From NCBI RefSeq assembly GCF_000737315.1, contig NZ_JMCB01000006.1:124001-188000 (forward strand): DNA of 64,000 nucleotides, given 5' to 3'. The notes under the pieces were generated by a model. The model saw only the letters and a program-made list of their open reading frames with translations, did not search any database and had not been told where the DNA came from. Each line of letters starts with the position of its first letter. Within the stretch, counting starts at the first letter, position 1. Shown piece after piece: positions 37,568 to 48,400 of the stretch. The translations under genes were made by a program, and so were the position numbers. Source of the DNA: Hyalangium minutum (GTDB lineage: Bacteria; Myxococcota; Myxococcia; Myxococcales; Myxococcaceae).

Positions 37568-38956
37568 ATGAAGCTCCTGCAAGGAATCGCTCTCGTCATC
37601 CTGGGGGCCAGCTGCGCCCACACCCCAGAGAAAGCCTCACCCGCCGAGTCCTCACCGGCAGACCGAGCCCAGGCACTGTCCTCCCAGGCCGACAAGGCCT
37701 ACAGCGCCCAGGACTTCTCCGGCTGCGCCGAGCTGTTCCGCCAGGCTGCCGAGGCCAGCACCGAGGATGACCCGCGCGCCACCGCCTTCTACAGCGCCGC
37801 AGGCTGCTCGGCCCTGGCGGGCAACCCCACCCAAGCGCTCGAGCTCCTGAGGCGCTCGGTCCAGAGCGGCTACTTCGATCCAGACACCCTGCAGCATGAC
37901 CCGGAGCTGGTCTCGGTCCACGCGCTCCCCGGCTGGCAGGAGGTCGTCGCCGGAGCCCAGGCCAATCTGGCGAAGGCCCCGAGCCCACCGCTCCCTGTCG
38001 CCAAGCTCGCGGGCATCGACGTCTACGGCTCGCGCCGCGCCAGCACGGAGGCCGTCCGCCAGATGCTCGGCTTCGAGCTGGGCCAGCTCATCGTCCCCAG
38101 CAAGGCCCTGTTCAAGCAGAAGGAGGAGGCCCTCCAGAAGCAGTTCAACCTCGCCTTCGCCAAGATCGCCTTCATCTACTTCTTCGGGGGCGATGACAAA
38201 GGCAGCGCCTTCATCACCGCGGACCTCGTGGATGCCGAGGACGCGCAGCGGCTGCGCTTCCTCCCCGAGCCCACGGGCCATGTCCCGGATCCCGAGAGCC
38301 TCGTCGCCGAGTGGCAGGCCTATGACTTCCAGACTGAGCGGCTCATGAAGACGGGCCAGCTCGATCCGGAGAAGGGCTTCACCTGCCGCGTCGCCCACTG
38401 CACCTTCGGCTTCGCGCACCCCACACTCGAGCGCTTCGAGCCACTCTTCCTGGAGAAGGTCCCTCGCCACCAGGACGCGATCACGAAGGTGCTGCGTGAG
38501 GACGCCGATGCCGCGAAGCGCGAGGCCGCCGCCTACCTGCTGGCCTACGCCGCCTCGCCCGAGCAGACCGTCGCCCGGCTCGTGCCCTCCATCCGAGATC
38601 CCTCCGGCTCCGTGCGCAACGGCGTGCTCCGCGTGCTGATTGCCACCCAGGAGGCCGCGGACCATCCGCTCGTGGACGCTGCGGTGGTGGCCGACGCCGC
38701 CTCCATGCCGGAGACCACCGACCGCAACAAGGCCCTCTTCCTGCTCAAGATGCTGCTGGATGACCTGAAGCCCGACGCGCTCAAGGCCCAGCGCGGCCCA
38801 CTCCTCAAGCAGCTCGGCCCGCAGCTGGTGACCCTGGCCGCCATGCAGCAACCCATCAACCGGGAGCCCGCCATCGAGGTCCTCCAGGCGCTCTCCGGAG
38901 AGAGCTTCGAGACCGCCGATCAGTGGAAGGCCTGGCTCGCGCGCCAACCCCAGTGA
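37568..38956 (+). CDS. Lipoprotein with TPR, POTRA-like and HEAT-repeat regions
   Basis: Lipobox GASC, SD GGAGG; TPR FYSAAGCSALAG...DPEL; IDVYGSRR...LGFELG segment; HEAT repeats (IRDPSGSVRNG). Confidence 0.7.
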   Translation: MKLLQGIALVILGASCAHTPEKASPAESSPADRAQALSSQADKAYSAQDFSGCAELFRQAAEASTEDDPRATAFYSAAGCSALAGNPTQALELLRRSVQSGYFDPDTLQHDPELVSVHALPGWQEVVAGAQANLAKAPSPPLPVAKLAGIDVYGSRRASTEAVRQMLGFELGQLIVPSKALFKQKEEALQKQFNLAFAKIAFIYFFGGDDKGSAFITADLVDAEDAQRLRFLPEPTGHVPDPESLVAEWQAYDFQTERLMKTGQLDPEKGFTCRVAHCTFGFAHPTLERFEPLFLEKVPRHQDAITKVLREDADAAKREAAAYLLAYAASPEQTVARLVPSIRDPSGSVRNGVLRVLIATQEAADHPLVDAAVVADAASMPETTDRNKALFLLKMLLDDLKPDALKAQRGPLLKQLGPQLVTLAAMQQPINREPAIEVLQALSGESFETADQWKAWLARQPQ

Positions 38957-38972
38957 AGCGAGGCCCTCCCCC

Positions 38973-40229
38973 ATGACTGCTCCCTCCGTTTCCCTCGGCC
39001 TCGACTACAAGCCGCTCGAGCCGCCCCTGCTGGATGAGCCGTTCCCCTTCTACGCCCGCCTCCGCCAAGAGGCCCCCGTCACCTTCGCGCCCCACTTCCA
39101 CCTCTGGCTCGTCAGCCGCTACGCGGACGTGATGACGGTCCTGAAGGATCCCCGGCGCTTCAGCTCGCGCGACATCCTTCGCCCGCCTGTGGATCTCCCC
39201 GCCGACCTGCTCCAGTTGCTCGAGGCCTCCGGCTACACGCCCGACTACCCCCTGCTCGGTGACGATCCGCCCGCCCATACCCGCATCCGCGGCCTGGTCG
39301 GCAAGGCCTTCAACATGGCCAGCGTCAACGCCCTGGAAGCCCGCATCCGAACCGCCGCGCGCACCCACGTCGATGCCCTGCTCCGCGGCGCCACCCGCGC
39401 GGACCTCGTCTCGGGGCTCGCCTGGTCCTTGCCCATGGACGTCATCACCGAGCTGCTCGGCGTCCCTCGCGAGGACGGAGCGCGGATCCGCCAGTGGATC
39501 GAGGATGAGAAGCTCTTCTTCGTCCCCCACCTCCCGCCCGACGGCCTGCGCCGCGCCGTCGAGGGCGTAGCCGCCTTCCGCCGCTACCTTCGTGCCATGG
39601 TCGAGGACCGCCAGCAGCACCCGCGCGAGGACTTCCTCTCCACCCTCATCGCCGCCCGGCTCGAGGGCGAGCGCCCGCTGAGCACCCTGGAGCTCTCCAA
39701 CCTGCTCAACGTGCTCGTGTTCGCTGGCAACGAGACGTCCACCAACCTGATCAGCACCGCACTGCTCTGCCTGCTGCGCCACCCCGGCCTGTGGCAGGAG
39801 CTGCGCGCCAACCCCGCCGCCGTTCCCAACACCCTCGAGGAGGTGCTGCGCTTCGACTCGCCGGTGGTGGGGATGATGCGCACGGTCACCGAGCCCACAC
39901 AGCTCGGCGGCGTGGAGCTCCCAGCCGGGGCGCGGCTGCTGCTCCTGTTCGCCTCGGCCAACCGGGACGAGTCCGTCTTCGAGCAAGCCGCGCGCTTCGA
40001 CATCCGCCGCGCCAACGCGAACCGCCACCTCGGCTTCGGCCACGGCACCCACTACTGCGTGGGCGCGCCGCTCGCCCGGCTCGAGGCCCGCGTCGTCCTG
40101 GAGCTCCTCATCGAGCGGCTCCCGAACCCGCGCCTGGTGGCTGGAGAGTCCGTCCCCTACCTCCCCAACCTCATCCACCGAGGCCCCCAGCGCCTCATGG
40201 TCGAGTGGGACACAGCTCCCACAGCGTGA
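38973..40229 (+). CDS. Cytochrome P450
   Basis: I-helix AGNETS, ExxR (EEVLR), heme motif FGHGTHYCVG. Confidence 0.95.
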   Translation: MTAPSVSLGLDYKPLEPPLLDEPFPFYARLRQEAPVTFAPHFHLWLVSRYADVMTVLKDPRRFSSRDILRPPVDLPADLLQLLEASGYTPDYPLLGDDPPAHTRIRGLVGKAFNMASVNALEARIRTAARTHVDALLRGATRADLVSGLAWSLPMDVITELLGVPREDGARIRQWIEDEKLFFVPHLPPDGLRRAVEGVAAFRRYLRAMVEDRQQHPREDFLSTLIAARLEGERPLSTLELSNLLNVLVFAGNETSTNLISTALLCLLRHPGLWQELRANPAAVPNTLEEVLRFDSPVVGMMRTVTEPTQLGGVELPAGARLLLLFASANRDESVFEQAARFDIRRANANRHLGFGHGTHYCVGAPLARLEARVVLELLIERLPNPRLVAGESVPYLPNLIHRGPQRLMVEWDTAPTA

Positions 40230-40265
40230 GTGAGCCCGTGGGGACGCCCGTGCTAGAAAACGGAC

Positions 40266-41396
40266 GTGCCCACGCTCCCCAACCCCAAATGGTTCGAAGC
40301 GCTGAAGAAGGATCCCAAAGCCGCTGAGGCCGGGATCCACTGGTTCACCCCCGAAGAAGCCGAGGCCAAGCGCGCCGAGGTCGCCAGCTGGTACGTGCAG
40401 GGTGACGCGCGCGTGCGCCACCACCTCCCGGACGCCGCGCTCGCCGCCGCCAAGGAGCAGTTCGCCCAGTTCGTCCCCGTGGGCGAGGGCCCCACCGCCT
40501 CGGATCGCGAGGGCAACAAGATTCGCAGCTGGCTCCTGCTCGCCAAGCAGTCTCCGGAGGAGCTGAAGGTGGCGCTCTCTCCCGTGCACCCGCCCTTCCT
40601 GTGGCTCGGGGCCGGGCAGACGCTCGCCTCACTCAAGGAAACAGTGGCGCCCTACTTCCCGGCCCATATTCCGTCCGAGGACAAGCTGGAGCACACCGTG
40701 CGCGGCTTCATCGGCACGAGCGCGGTGAACCACATCGATCTCATCCAGCTCCACGACCGCTACCAGGCCTCGGACTTCCTCGACGGGCTCACCTGGGGCA
40801 GCGCGTACAAGAAGGATCCCTTCCTCGAGATGCTGCCCAAGGGCCACTACGGCCAGGAGATGATCCAGCGCTACCGCGCTCAGGCTCCCGAGGGCATTCC
40901 CACCTTCAGCTTCCGCTCGCTGTTCACCAAGTCCATCCTCCGCGCCGAGGCCCACGCCAACGTCGCGGAGGGCGTGAACATCTTCGTCGTCCAGGTGCGC
41001 TACCACCCCGCCAAGCAGCAGGCGCTCATCCGCGACCTGAACCAGCAGCTCGGAATGCGGCTCCCCGAGGACCTCCCCGTGGACCTTGCCGGCGCCTTCA
41101 TCGGGCTCCCGTTTGATCCACCCGAGGTCATCCGCGCCGCGCTGCCCAAGCAGACAGACCTGGCGAAGATCTCCTTCGGCCTGCTCTGCCTGGACTGCCT
41201 CGCCCGGGACTTCACGGAGGCCGAGAAGGACCTGCGCGAGTACTCCACCCATGCCGAGGGCGCCGTGCGGCAGCTCGTCGCCAACCTCGCGCTCCGCCGC
41301 GGACTCAAGTCGCTGCTCACGGAGATGGCCAGCCGTGAGCAGCATCCCGAGTTCAAGAAACAGCTCACCGAGGTCTCTCAGCGCCTCCCCTCCTGA
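40266..41396 (+). CDS. Hypothetical cytoplasmic protein with a possible helical/HEAT-like C-terminus
   Basis: 376-aa ORF with GC3-biased codons filling the gap; GTG start; no motif recognised. Confidence 0.7.
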   Translation: MPTLPNPKWFEALKKDPKAAEAGIHWFTPEEAEAKRAEVASWYVQGDARVRHHLPDAALAAAKEQFAQFVPVGEGPTASDREGNKIRSWLLLAKQSPEELKVALSPVHPPFLWLGAGQTLASLKETVAPYFPAHIPSEDKLEHTVRGFIGTSAVNHIDLIQLHDRYQASDFLDGLTWGSAYKKDPFLEMLPKGHYGQEMIQRYRAQAPEGIPTFSFRSLFTKSILRAEAHANVAEGVNIFVVQVRYHPAKQQALIRDLNQQLGMRLPEDLPVDLAGAFIGLPFDPPEVIRAALPKQTDLAKISFGLLCLDCLARDFTEAEKDLREYSTHAEGAVRQLVANLALRRGLKSLLTEMASREQHPEFKKQLTEVSQRLPS

Positions 41397-41407
41397 GACC
41401 TCTGCCC

Positions 41408-43651
41408 TCAGTGCCCTCCCAGCACCTTGTCGAGGGTGACGGGCAGGCTCCGGACGCGCTTGCCCGTCGCGTGGAAGATGGCGTTGGAGATCGCCGCTGC
41501 CACTCCGACGATGCCAATCTCCCCCAAGCCCTTGGCGCCCAGCGGGTTGACGACGGTGTCGTCCTCGTCAACGAAGAGGACCTCGATGTCCCGCACATCG
41601 GCGTTCACGGGCACGTGGTACTCGCCGAGGTTGTGGTTGATGAACCGGCCGAGTGCCGTGTCGACGACGGACTCCTCCTCCAGGGCCATACCGATGCCCC
41701 AGACGACGCCTCCCAGCACCTGACTGCGCGCCGTCTTCGGGTTCATGATGCGCCCGCCCGCCACGGCGGTGACGACGCGGGTCACCTGGATGATGCCCAG
41801 GTCCTCGTCCACCTTCACCTCCGCGAACACCGCCGAGTGCGCGGCCCGGGTGTACTTCTGCTGCTCGGAGAGGTTGGGCAGCGCCATCGTCTGCTCCTCG
41901 ATGCTCAGCACCTCGCCGTGCCGCATCGCCTCGAGCAGGGACACGGCCTTCGTGGGGTCCGCCTTTAGCCTGATTTGCCCACCCGCGAAGAACACCTCCT
42001 CCAGCTCCGACTTGGCGAGCGGTGAGCCGCGCACCTTCCGGGCCAGTTTGAACAACTGCTCGCGCACCTTCTCGCAGACCTCCTTCACCGCTGTGCCCAC
42101 GGAGGCCACCGTCCACGAGCCTCCCTCCAGCGGCGCGGGCGGCAGCGAGGAGTCGCCGAGCTTGAACGTCACGTCTTCCATCGGCAGCCCCAGCGTCTCC
42201 GCCGCGATCTGGGTCATCACCGTATAGGTGCCGGTGCCAATGTCCGAGGTGGCGCTGGACACGGTGAGCTTGCCGTCGATGCTCAGCAGGGCCTTGGCGC
42301 TGGCCGGCTGCTGCATCGCCTCCCAGACACCGGTGGCCATGCCCCAGCCGATGAGCTGCTTCCCGTCACGCATCGAGCGGGGCGTCGCCACCCGCCTGCC
42401 CCACCCGAAGCGCTCGGCGCCCTGGTGGTAGCAGGCCCGCAGCTCCTTGCTCGAGAACGGCTTGTCCGCGTTCTGGTCGCGCTCCGCGTAGTTCTTGAGG
42501 CGCAGCGCGAGCGGATCCACTCCCGCCGCATAGGCCAGCTCATCCATCGCGCACTCCAGCGCGTAGACGCCCCAGGCCGCTCCCGGCGCACGCATGTCGA
42601 GCGGCGTGTAGTGGTCCAGCGAGGCCACCTTGTAATCGAGCCGCACGTTGTCGCACTGGTAGAGCAGGCCGGACCAGTTGACGATGATCTCCGCGTAGTC
42701 CTCGAAGCGCGAGGTCTCCGAGATGGCCTCGTGGATGAGGGCCTGGAGCGTGCCGTCCGCCGACGCGCCGAGCGCCAGCCGCTGCAGCGTCGCGGGGCGG
42801 TGGCCGAACGTGAACATCTGCTGGCGCGTCATCACCACCCGCACCGAGCGCTTCAGCTCCCGCGACGCCATGACCGCGAGGAACAGCTGATACTGCGGCC
42901 GCAGCGCCGAGCCGAACGCTCCCCCCACGAAGGGTGAGCGCACGCGCGCCTCGCCCTCGGCCAGGTTGAACACCTTCGAGAGGTACTTCAGGCTGTTCTG
43001 CACGCCCTGCGTCTTGTCGTAGATGGTGAGCGTGCCGTCGTCCTCGTAGACCACCGTGGCCGCGTGCATCTCCATCGGGTTGTGGTGCTCGACCGGCGTC
43101 TCGTACTCCACGTCGATCCGCACCTCGGACTGGGCCAGTGCCTTGTCCGCATGGCCTCGGGGCTTCGGCGGAGGCTCGAAGCCGCCCTTGCCCATCTTCG
43201 GCGCTCGGGCCTTGCCGCGCTGCGCCCGTAGATCCGTCTCGTGCTTCTTGACTGAGTACTCGGCCCGGATGAGCGAGGCCGCGTAGCGGGCAGCCTCGAA
43301 CGTCTCCGCGACCACCAGCGCGATGGGCTGCCCGCTGTAGAGGATCTCGTCATCGTAGAGCGGCCGGAACGGTGAGCCCGCGGGCGAGTCCTCGTCCCGG
43401 TAGCTCTTATCGAACCATGGGAGCTTCGGCCGGTTCTCGTGCGTGAAGACGTGCAGCACCCCGGGCACCTGGAGCGCTTCCCTCGTCTCCAGCTTCTTGA
43501 TGCGGCCTCGGGCCACCGTGCTCGACACGACGACACCATAAGTAAGGCCGGGAGCTTGGAACTCTCCGGCGTACTTCGCCTGCCCCGTCACCTTCAGCGG
43601 TCCATCGACGCGGCTGACCGGCTTCCCCAGCAAGGGAGTGTGAGTGGTCAT
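41408..43651 (-). CDS. paoC: Xanthine dehydrogenase-family molybdopterin subunit (PaoC/YagR-like)
   Basis: [45 protein letters not shown]. Confidence 0.9.
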   Translation of the reverse strand: MTTHTPLLGKPVSRVDGPLKVTGQAKYAGEFQAPGLTYGVVVSSTVARGRIKKLETREALQVPGVLHVFTHENRPKLPWFDKSYRDEDSPAGSPFRPLYDDEILYSGQPIALVVAETFEAARYAASLIRAEYSVKKHETDLRAQRGKARAPKMGKGGFEPPPKPRGHADKALAQSEVRIDVEYETPVEHHNPMEMHAATVVYEDDGTLTIYDKTQGVQNSLKYLSKVFNLAEGEARVRSPFVGGAFGSALRPQYQLFLAVMASRELKRSVRVVMTRQQMFTFGHRPATLQRLALGASADGTLQALIHEAISETSRFEDYAEIIVNWSGLLYQCDNVRLDYKVASLDHYTPLDMRAPGAAWGVYALECAMDELAYAAGVDPLALRLKNYAERDQNADKPFSSKELRACYHQGAERFGWGRRVATPRSMRDGKQLIGWGMATGVWEAMQQPASAKALLSIDGKLTVSSATSDIGTGTYTVMTQIAAETLGLPMEDVTFKLGDSSLPPAPLEGGSWTVASVGTAVKEVCEKVREQLFKLARKVRGSPLAKSELEEVFFAGGQIRLKADPTKAVSLLEAMRHGEVLSIEEQTMALPNLSEQQKYTRAAHSAVFAEVKVDEDLGIIQVTRVVTAVAGGRIMNPKTARSQVLGGVVWGIGMALEEESVVDTALGRFINHNLGEYHVPVNADVRDIEVLFVDEDDTVVNPLGAKGLGEIGIVGVAAAISNAIFHATGKRVRSLPVTLDKVLGGH

Positions 43652-44643
43652 TGCTGCACCTCCGTTCCCGCCGCCTGCTCCAGCGCGCGGACCACCGCCC
43701 GCCGGGCCAGCTCAATCTTGAAGGTGTTGTGGCCATACCCCTTGGCGTCGCGAAGGATCGCGTCCGCCACGGACCGGAAGCTCTCCCCGGTGGCGCGCTG
43801 GCCGCTCAGCATCGCCTCGGCCTTCGTGTCTCGCCACGGCTTGTGCGCCACGCCTCCGAGCGCGATCCGCGCCTCCCGGATGACGCCTTCGTCCAGCTCC
43901 AGCCCCACCGCCACGGACACGAGCGCGAACGCGTACGACTGGCGGTCGCGGATCTTCAGATAGCTGAAGTTCCTCGCGAACCCCTTTGCGGGCAGGTCCA
44001 CCGAGGTGATCAGCTCGTCCGGCCGCAGGTTCGTGTCCAGGTGAGGCGTGTCCCCGGGCAGCCGGTGGAACTCGGCGATCGGGATGGTGCGCTCGCCGTC
44101 AGGTCCTTTGACTTGGATGGACGCTTCGAGCGCCGCGAGCGCCACGCACATGTCCGACGGGTGGGTGGCAATGCACTTCTCGCTCGTCCCAAGGATGGCG
44201 TGGATGCGGTTGATGCCCGCGAGCGCTCCACACCCCGAGCCGGGCTCGCGCTTATTGCAGGGCGTGCCCGTGTCATAGAAGTAGTAGCACCGCGTGCGCT
44301 GGAGCAGGTTGCCACCCGTGGTCGCCATGTTGCGCAGCTGCGCCGAGGCTCCCGCCAGGATGGCCTTCGACAGCAGCGGGTAGCGCTGCTCTACTCGCGC
44401 GTCGTACGCCACCGCCGAGTTCGTCACCAGCGCGCCAATCCTCAGCCCGCCGTCCGCCTGCTCCTCGATGGTGTTGAGAGGCAGCCGGTTGACGTCGATC
44501 AGGTGGCTCGGGCGCGACACGTTCTCCTTCATCAAGTCGAGGAGGTTCGTGCCACCCGCGATGAACCGCGCCCGCTCGTTCCGGGCAATCGCGCTCACGG
44601 CGCCCGCGACGCTGCCGGCCCGCTCGAAGGAGAACCGGTTCAT
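43648..44643 (-). CDS. paoB: FAD-binding subunit (PaoB/YagS-like, with 4Fe-4S insert)
   Basis: [29 protein letters not shown]...CNKR...[21 protein letters not shown]. Start at ATG 44643. Confidence 0.9.
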   Translation of the reverse strand: MNRFSFERAGSVAGAVSAIARNERARFIAGGTNLLDLMKENVSRPSHLIDVNRLPLNTIEEQADGGLRIGALVTNSAVAYDARVEQRYPLLSKAILAGASAQLRNMATTGGNLLQRTRCYYFYDTGTPCNKREPGSGCGALAGINRIHAILGTSEKCIATHPSDMCVALAALEASIQVKGPDGERTIPIAEFHRLPGDTPHLDTNLRPDELITSVDLPAKGFARNFSYLKIRDRQSYAFALVSVAVGLELDEGVIREARIALGGVAHKPWRDTKAEAMLSGQRATGESFRSVADAILRDAKGYGHNTFKIELARRAVVRALEQAAGTEVQQ

Positions 44644-45176
44644 GGCTTCTCCTCCTTCTCGCACTCCTGCTTCGCCTGCTCGATGGCCGCGACGATGTTG
44701 GGATACGCGCCGCACCGGCAGAGGTTGCCGCTCATCAGCTCGCGGATGTCGTCTCTCGTCTGGGCCTTGCCCTCCTTGATGAGCCCCAGCGCGGAGCAGA
44801 TCTGCCCCGGAGTGCAGTAACCACACTGGAACGCGTCGTGCTCGACGAAGGCCGCCTGCAGCGGGTGGAGCGTCTCGCCCGAGGCAATGCCCTCGATGGT
44901 CGACACCTCCGCGCCGTCCTTCATCACCGCCAACGTCAGGCACGAGTTGATCCGCTGGCCATTCACCAGCACGGTGCAGGCGCCGCACTGCCCGTGGTCG
45001 CAGCCCTTCTTCGTGCCCGTCAGCTCCAGGTTCTCCCGCAGCAAGTCGAGCAGCGTCGTCCAAGGCTCGACCTCCAGCTGCTTCTCCGAGCCGTTGACCT
45101 TGAGGGTGATCGAATGCTTCGAGGGCGACTCCGCTGATGACACCCTCGCCGAGGGCTCATGGAAGGAAGGCTTCAC
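44640..45176 (-). CDS. paoA: 2x[2Fe-2S] subunit (PaoA/YagT-like), no Tat signal
   Basis: [31 protein letters not shown]. Confidence 0.92.
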   Translation of the reverse strand: MKPSFHEPSARVSSAESPSKHSITLKVNGSEKQLEVEPWTTLLDLLRENLELTGTKKGCDHGQCGACTVLVNGQRINSCLTLAVMKDGAEVSTIEGIASGETLHPLQAAFVEHDAFQCGYCTPGQICSALGLIKEGKAQTRDDIRELMSGNLCRCGAYPNIVAAIEQAKQECEKEEKP

Positions 45177-45494
45177 GTGAACACGCTCCTGCTGGAGATG
45201 GATCCGGTCCTAGCGAGGTAAGGACTCGGAGCGCTCGCGTCCTTCCGGGGGAGCCCGCACCCACGGCGGAGGATTGGCTAATGGATACTGGCGCCCTACA
45301 GCTCCCCTCATCGTGTTGAGTCGTCGAAAGCGGCGCTGCGCTTACATAGGTCGACACCCCACGACAAGTGCACCTACGTGGAAACCCGCTCTCTCGGAAA
45401 AACAACCGTGGCCGCGTAAGCTGCACGCAACTGATCCGAGGGCGCGCGGAGAACCATTCCAGCCCCTTTTTTTCCCTATCGAAGGAGAAGTCCC

Positions 45495-48400
45495 ATGGCC
45501 CGCCCCATTGAATCCGGCTCCGCCGACGTCGCCGCCCGCGAGGCTGCACGCCGCGCCGCCGAAGAGGCCGCCCGCCGCGCCGCTGAAGAGGCCGCTCGCC
45601 GCGCCGCTGAAGAGGCCGCCCGCCGCGCCGCCGAGGCCAAGAACAATCAGGTGACGAACAAGGCGACCACGCCCGAGAAGCCGGTCGCCACCCGGGACGA
45701 GTTCGCCGCCACCAGCACCCCCCAGGCCAAGGGCCCGGACCTCGAGGGCGGCAAGCCCACCGAGTCGAAGCTGCCGGAGAAGCCCGAAGACTTGCCCAAG
45801 CTCTTCCCCGAGCTGAAGGACAAGCCCAAGGAGGTGCTGCAGAAGACGTATGACTCGATGAAGAAGCTCACCGAGGGCGACTTCTCCGAGAAGGCCACCG
45901 CGCTAGGCGAGCTGTCCAAGACGTTCCCGGACACCACCAAGAACGTCCTCACCAAGCTGGGCATTCAGGACAACAAGCTGGCGAAGCTGGCCACCAACTC
46001 GGACGCGCTGTCCGCGCTGGGCAAGCTCACCAGCAAGGACTCCTCCACCGCTGACAAGGCCAGCGCCGCGCTCGAGCTGGCCAACGCCGCCGGCGACATC
46101 TTCAAGCCCGAGGACCTCAAGGGCGTGCTCAACCACGCGCTCAACGGCCTGCCCGCGGGCGCCAAGCTCGCCGAGGCCATTGGGGCCTTCACCGACCCCA
46201 ACAAGAGCGCGCTGGACAAGACTAAGGCCTCGCTGGAGCTGGCCTCGGCGCTCAAGGACTTCGCCGGCAAGTCCTTCCCGCAGGTGGAGAACACCCTGCG
46301 CAAGCTGGACGGCACCTTCCGCGCCGCCAACGCCGCCGTGAAGCTGCTGGACCCCGAGGCCTCCGCCAAGGACAAGGCCCTGGCCGCCGCTCAGCTCGCC
46401 GCCGAGCTGCCGGACCTCAAGAAGGACCTCACCGAGTTCAAGAACCTGCTCAAGCAGAACGGCGTGAAGGGCGCGGACGCCGCCGTGGACGAGGGCGCGA
46501 GGCTCGCCGACGCCGTGGTGAAGGGTCTCGACCCGGCCGTGGCCCAGAAGCTCACCCCGGATCAGCTCAAGGGGCTCCAGGACGTGGCCGCCAAGGTCGG
46601 CCCGGAGAACCTCGAGGGCGTGCTCAAGGGCATCCAGGACCCCAAGGCGCTCGAGGCGCTCACGGGCCAACTCGACAAGCTGGATGCTGACTCCGGCAAG
46701 CGGCTGCTCAAGACGCTGGGCGGCATGGAGCACGGCAACCTCGCCAAGGTCCTCACGGATCCGAAGACGGCCGAGCAGCTGGGCACCCTGGCCACCAAGC
46801 TGGACGACGAGGCCGCCGAGCTCGTCGGCAAGCTGGCCAAGGACATGGACGTCGACGGGCTGAAGACGCTGATGAAGTTCACCGACGGCGTCAGCGGCGA
46901 CGTGCTCAAGACGGGCCTCAAGGGCCTCAAGCCCCTGCTGGAGGAGGGCGGCGGCAAGCTGGTGGGCAAGGGCCTCAAGCTGCTGGACGACATGCTCGGC
47001 AAGATGGGCGTGAAGGTCACCGGCGAGGTGGCCGGCAAGGTCTTCAAGAACCTGGCGAAGGCCATCCCGCTCGCGGGCGCCGTGCCGGGCCTCATCGACG
47101 CGGGCAAGTACGCCAAGGAGGCGATGGACCTCCGGGACAAGAACAAGGACCTGGGCTTCTTCGCGCTGGTGGGCGCCAACCTCAACGCCGCGGATGCGGT
47201 GGTGGGCACGGCGCTGGACTTCACCGGCGTGGGCGCCGCAGTGGACCTGGGCGCGGGCGCCGCCTTCGGCGTGGCCGAGCTGGCGCTGGACCTGGCCTTC
47301 GACGCCGAGAAGAAGAAGATGGAGGCGGATCCGCAGAACTACCAGGCGCCGGACTGGATGAAGGCCGTAAACCTGGGCGCCGCCGCCGCCATGGGCCCCG
47401 CGGGCATGACGCAGCTCGCGGCCTACTACGGGCCCGAGGGCGCCGCCGAGCTGACCCAGTGGGGCATCGAGAAGGGTGCCAAGGGCGCGGTGAAGCTCGC
47501 CGAGTTCGCGGGCGTCAGCGCCGCCAACGCCACCGGCGATGGGATGAAGCTCACGGCGGGCTTCATCCACGGGCTCGCGGATGTGATCCGCAACCCCTCC
47601 AAGTACGGCGAGGCCGTCGCCACCAAGGCGCGTGATGCGTTCAACGCCGCCATGGAGAAGGGTGGCGAGATTGCCGCGGAGGCCAAGAAGGTCCTCGGCA
47701 ACGTCATCGACGAGGCGAAGCAGCTCGGCGAGAAGGGGCTCGACACCCTGAAGTTCATCGCCCAGAACCCGGGCGAGGCCGCGAAGATGGCGCTCGACGG
47801 CGTCAAGAGCATGGTCGACAAGGGCATGGAGCTGGCGCAGCAGGGCAAGGAGGCCCTGCTGAAGAAGGCCACCGAGACGCTCGACGCGCTCAAGACGGGC
47901 TGGGAGAACCTCAAGGGTGCCGCCAAGGAGAAGGCAGCGGAGCTCATCAACGGCGCCAAGGAGGGCATCCAGTCCGCGCTGAACAAGGCGAAGGAGCTGG
48001 GCGAGAAGGGCCTCGAGACGCTCAAGTGGGCCGCCACGCACCCGGGTGAAGTGGGCGAGATGGCCAAGAAGGCCTTCACCGACCTGATGGCCAAGGGCGG
48101 TGAGGTGGCCAAGAAGGCCTGGGACGGGCTCAAGAGCCTGGGCGCCAAGGGGCTCGAGGTGGCCGAGGCCGCCGTCAAGGGACTCAAGGACGCGGGCGGC
48201 AAGGCGGTGGAGACACTCAAGTACATCGCCGAGAACCCGGGCGAGGCCGCCGCCAAGGTGCGCGACTGGGCCGGCCAGACGCTCTCGGACATGGCGCGCA
48301 AGGGCGGTGAGATGGCGAAGGAGGCCGCCACCGCCATCAAGGACTTCGTGGACCGGCGCGTGGACTGGGCCAAGCAGTTCGCCACGGACCTGCTCAAGGA

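Noticed and set aside
45400-45430. Sigma54-like TGGC...TGC upstream of the giant protein; similar near-matches upstream of epsZ
   Set aside because: The GG-to-GC spacing does not fit the strict -24/-12 geometry.
45543-45635. Short tandem repeats as a possible CRISPR array (also 35301-35354)
   Set aside because: No unique spacers; the units are in-frame multiples of three within coding sequence, and no cas genes are present.
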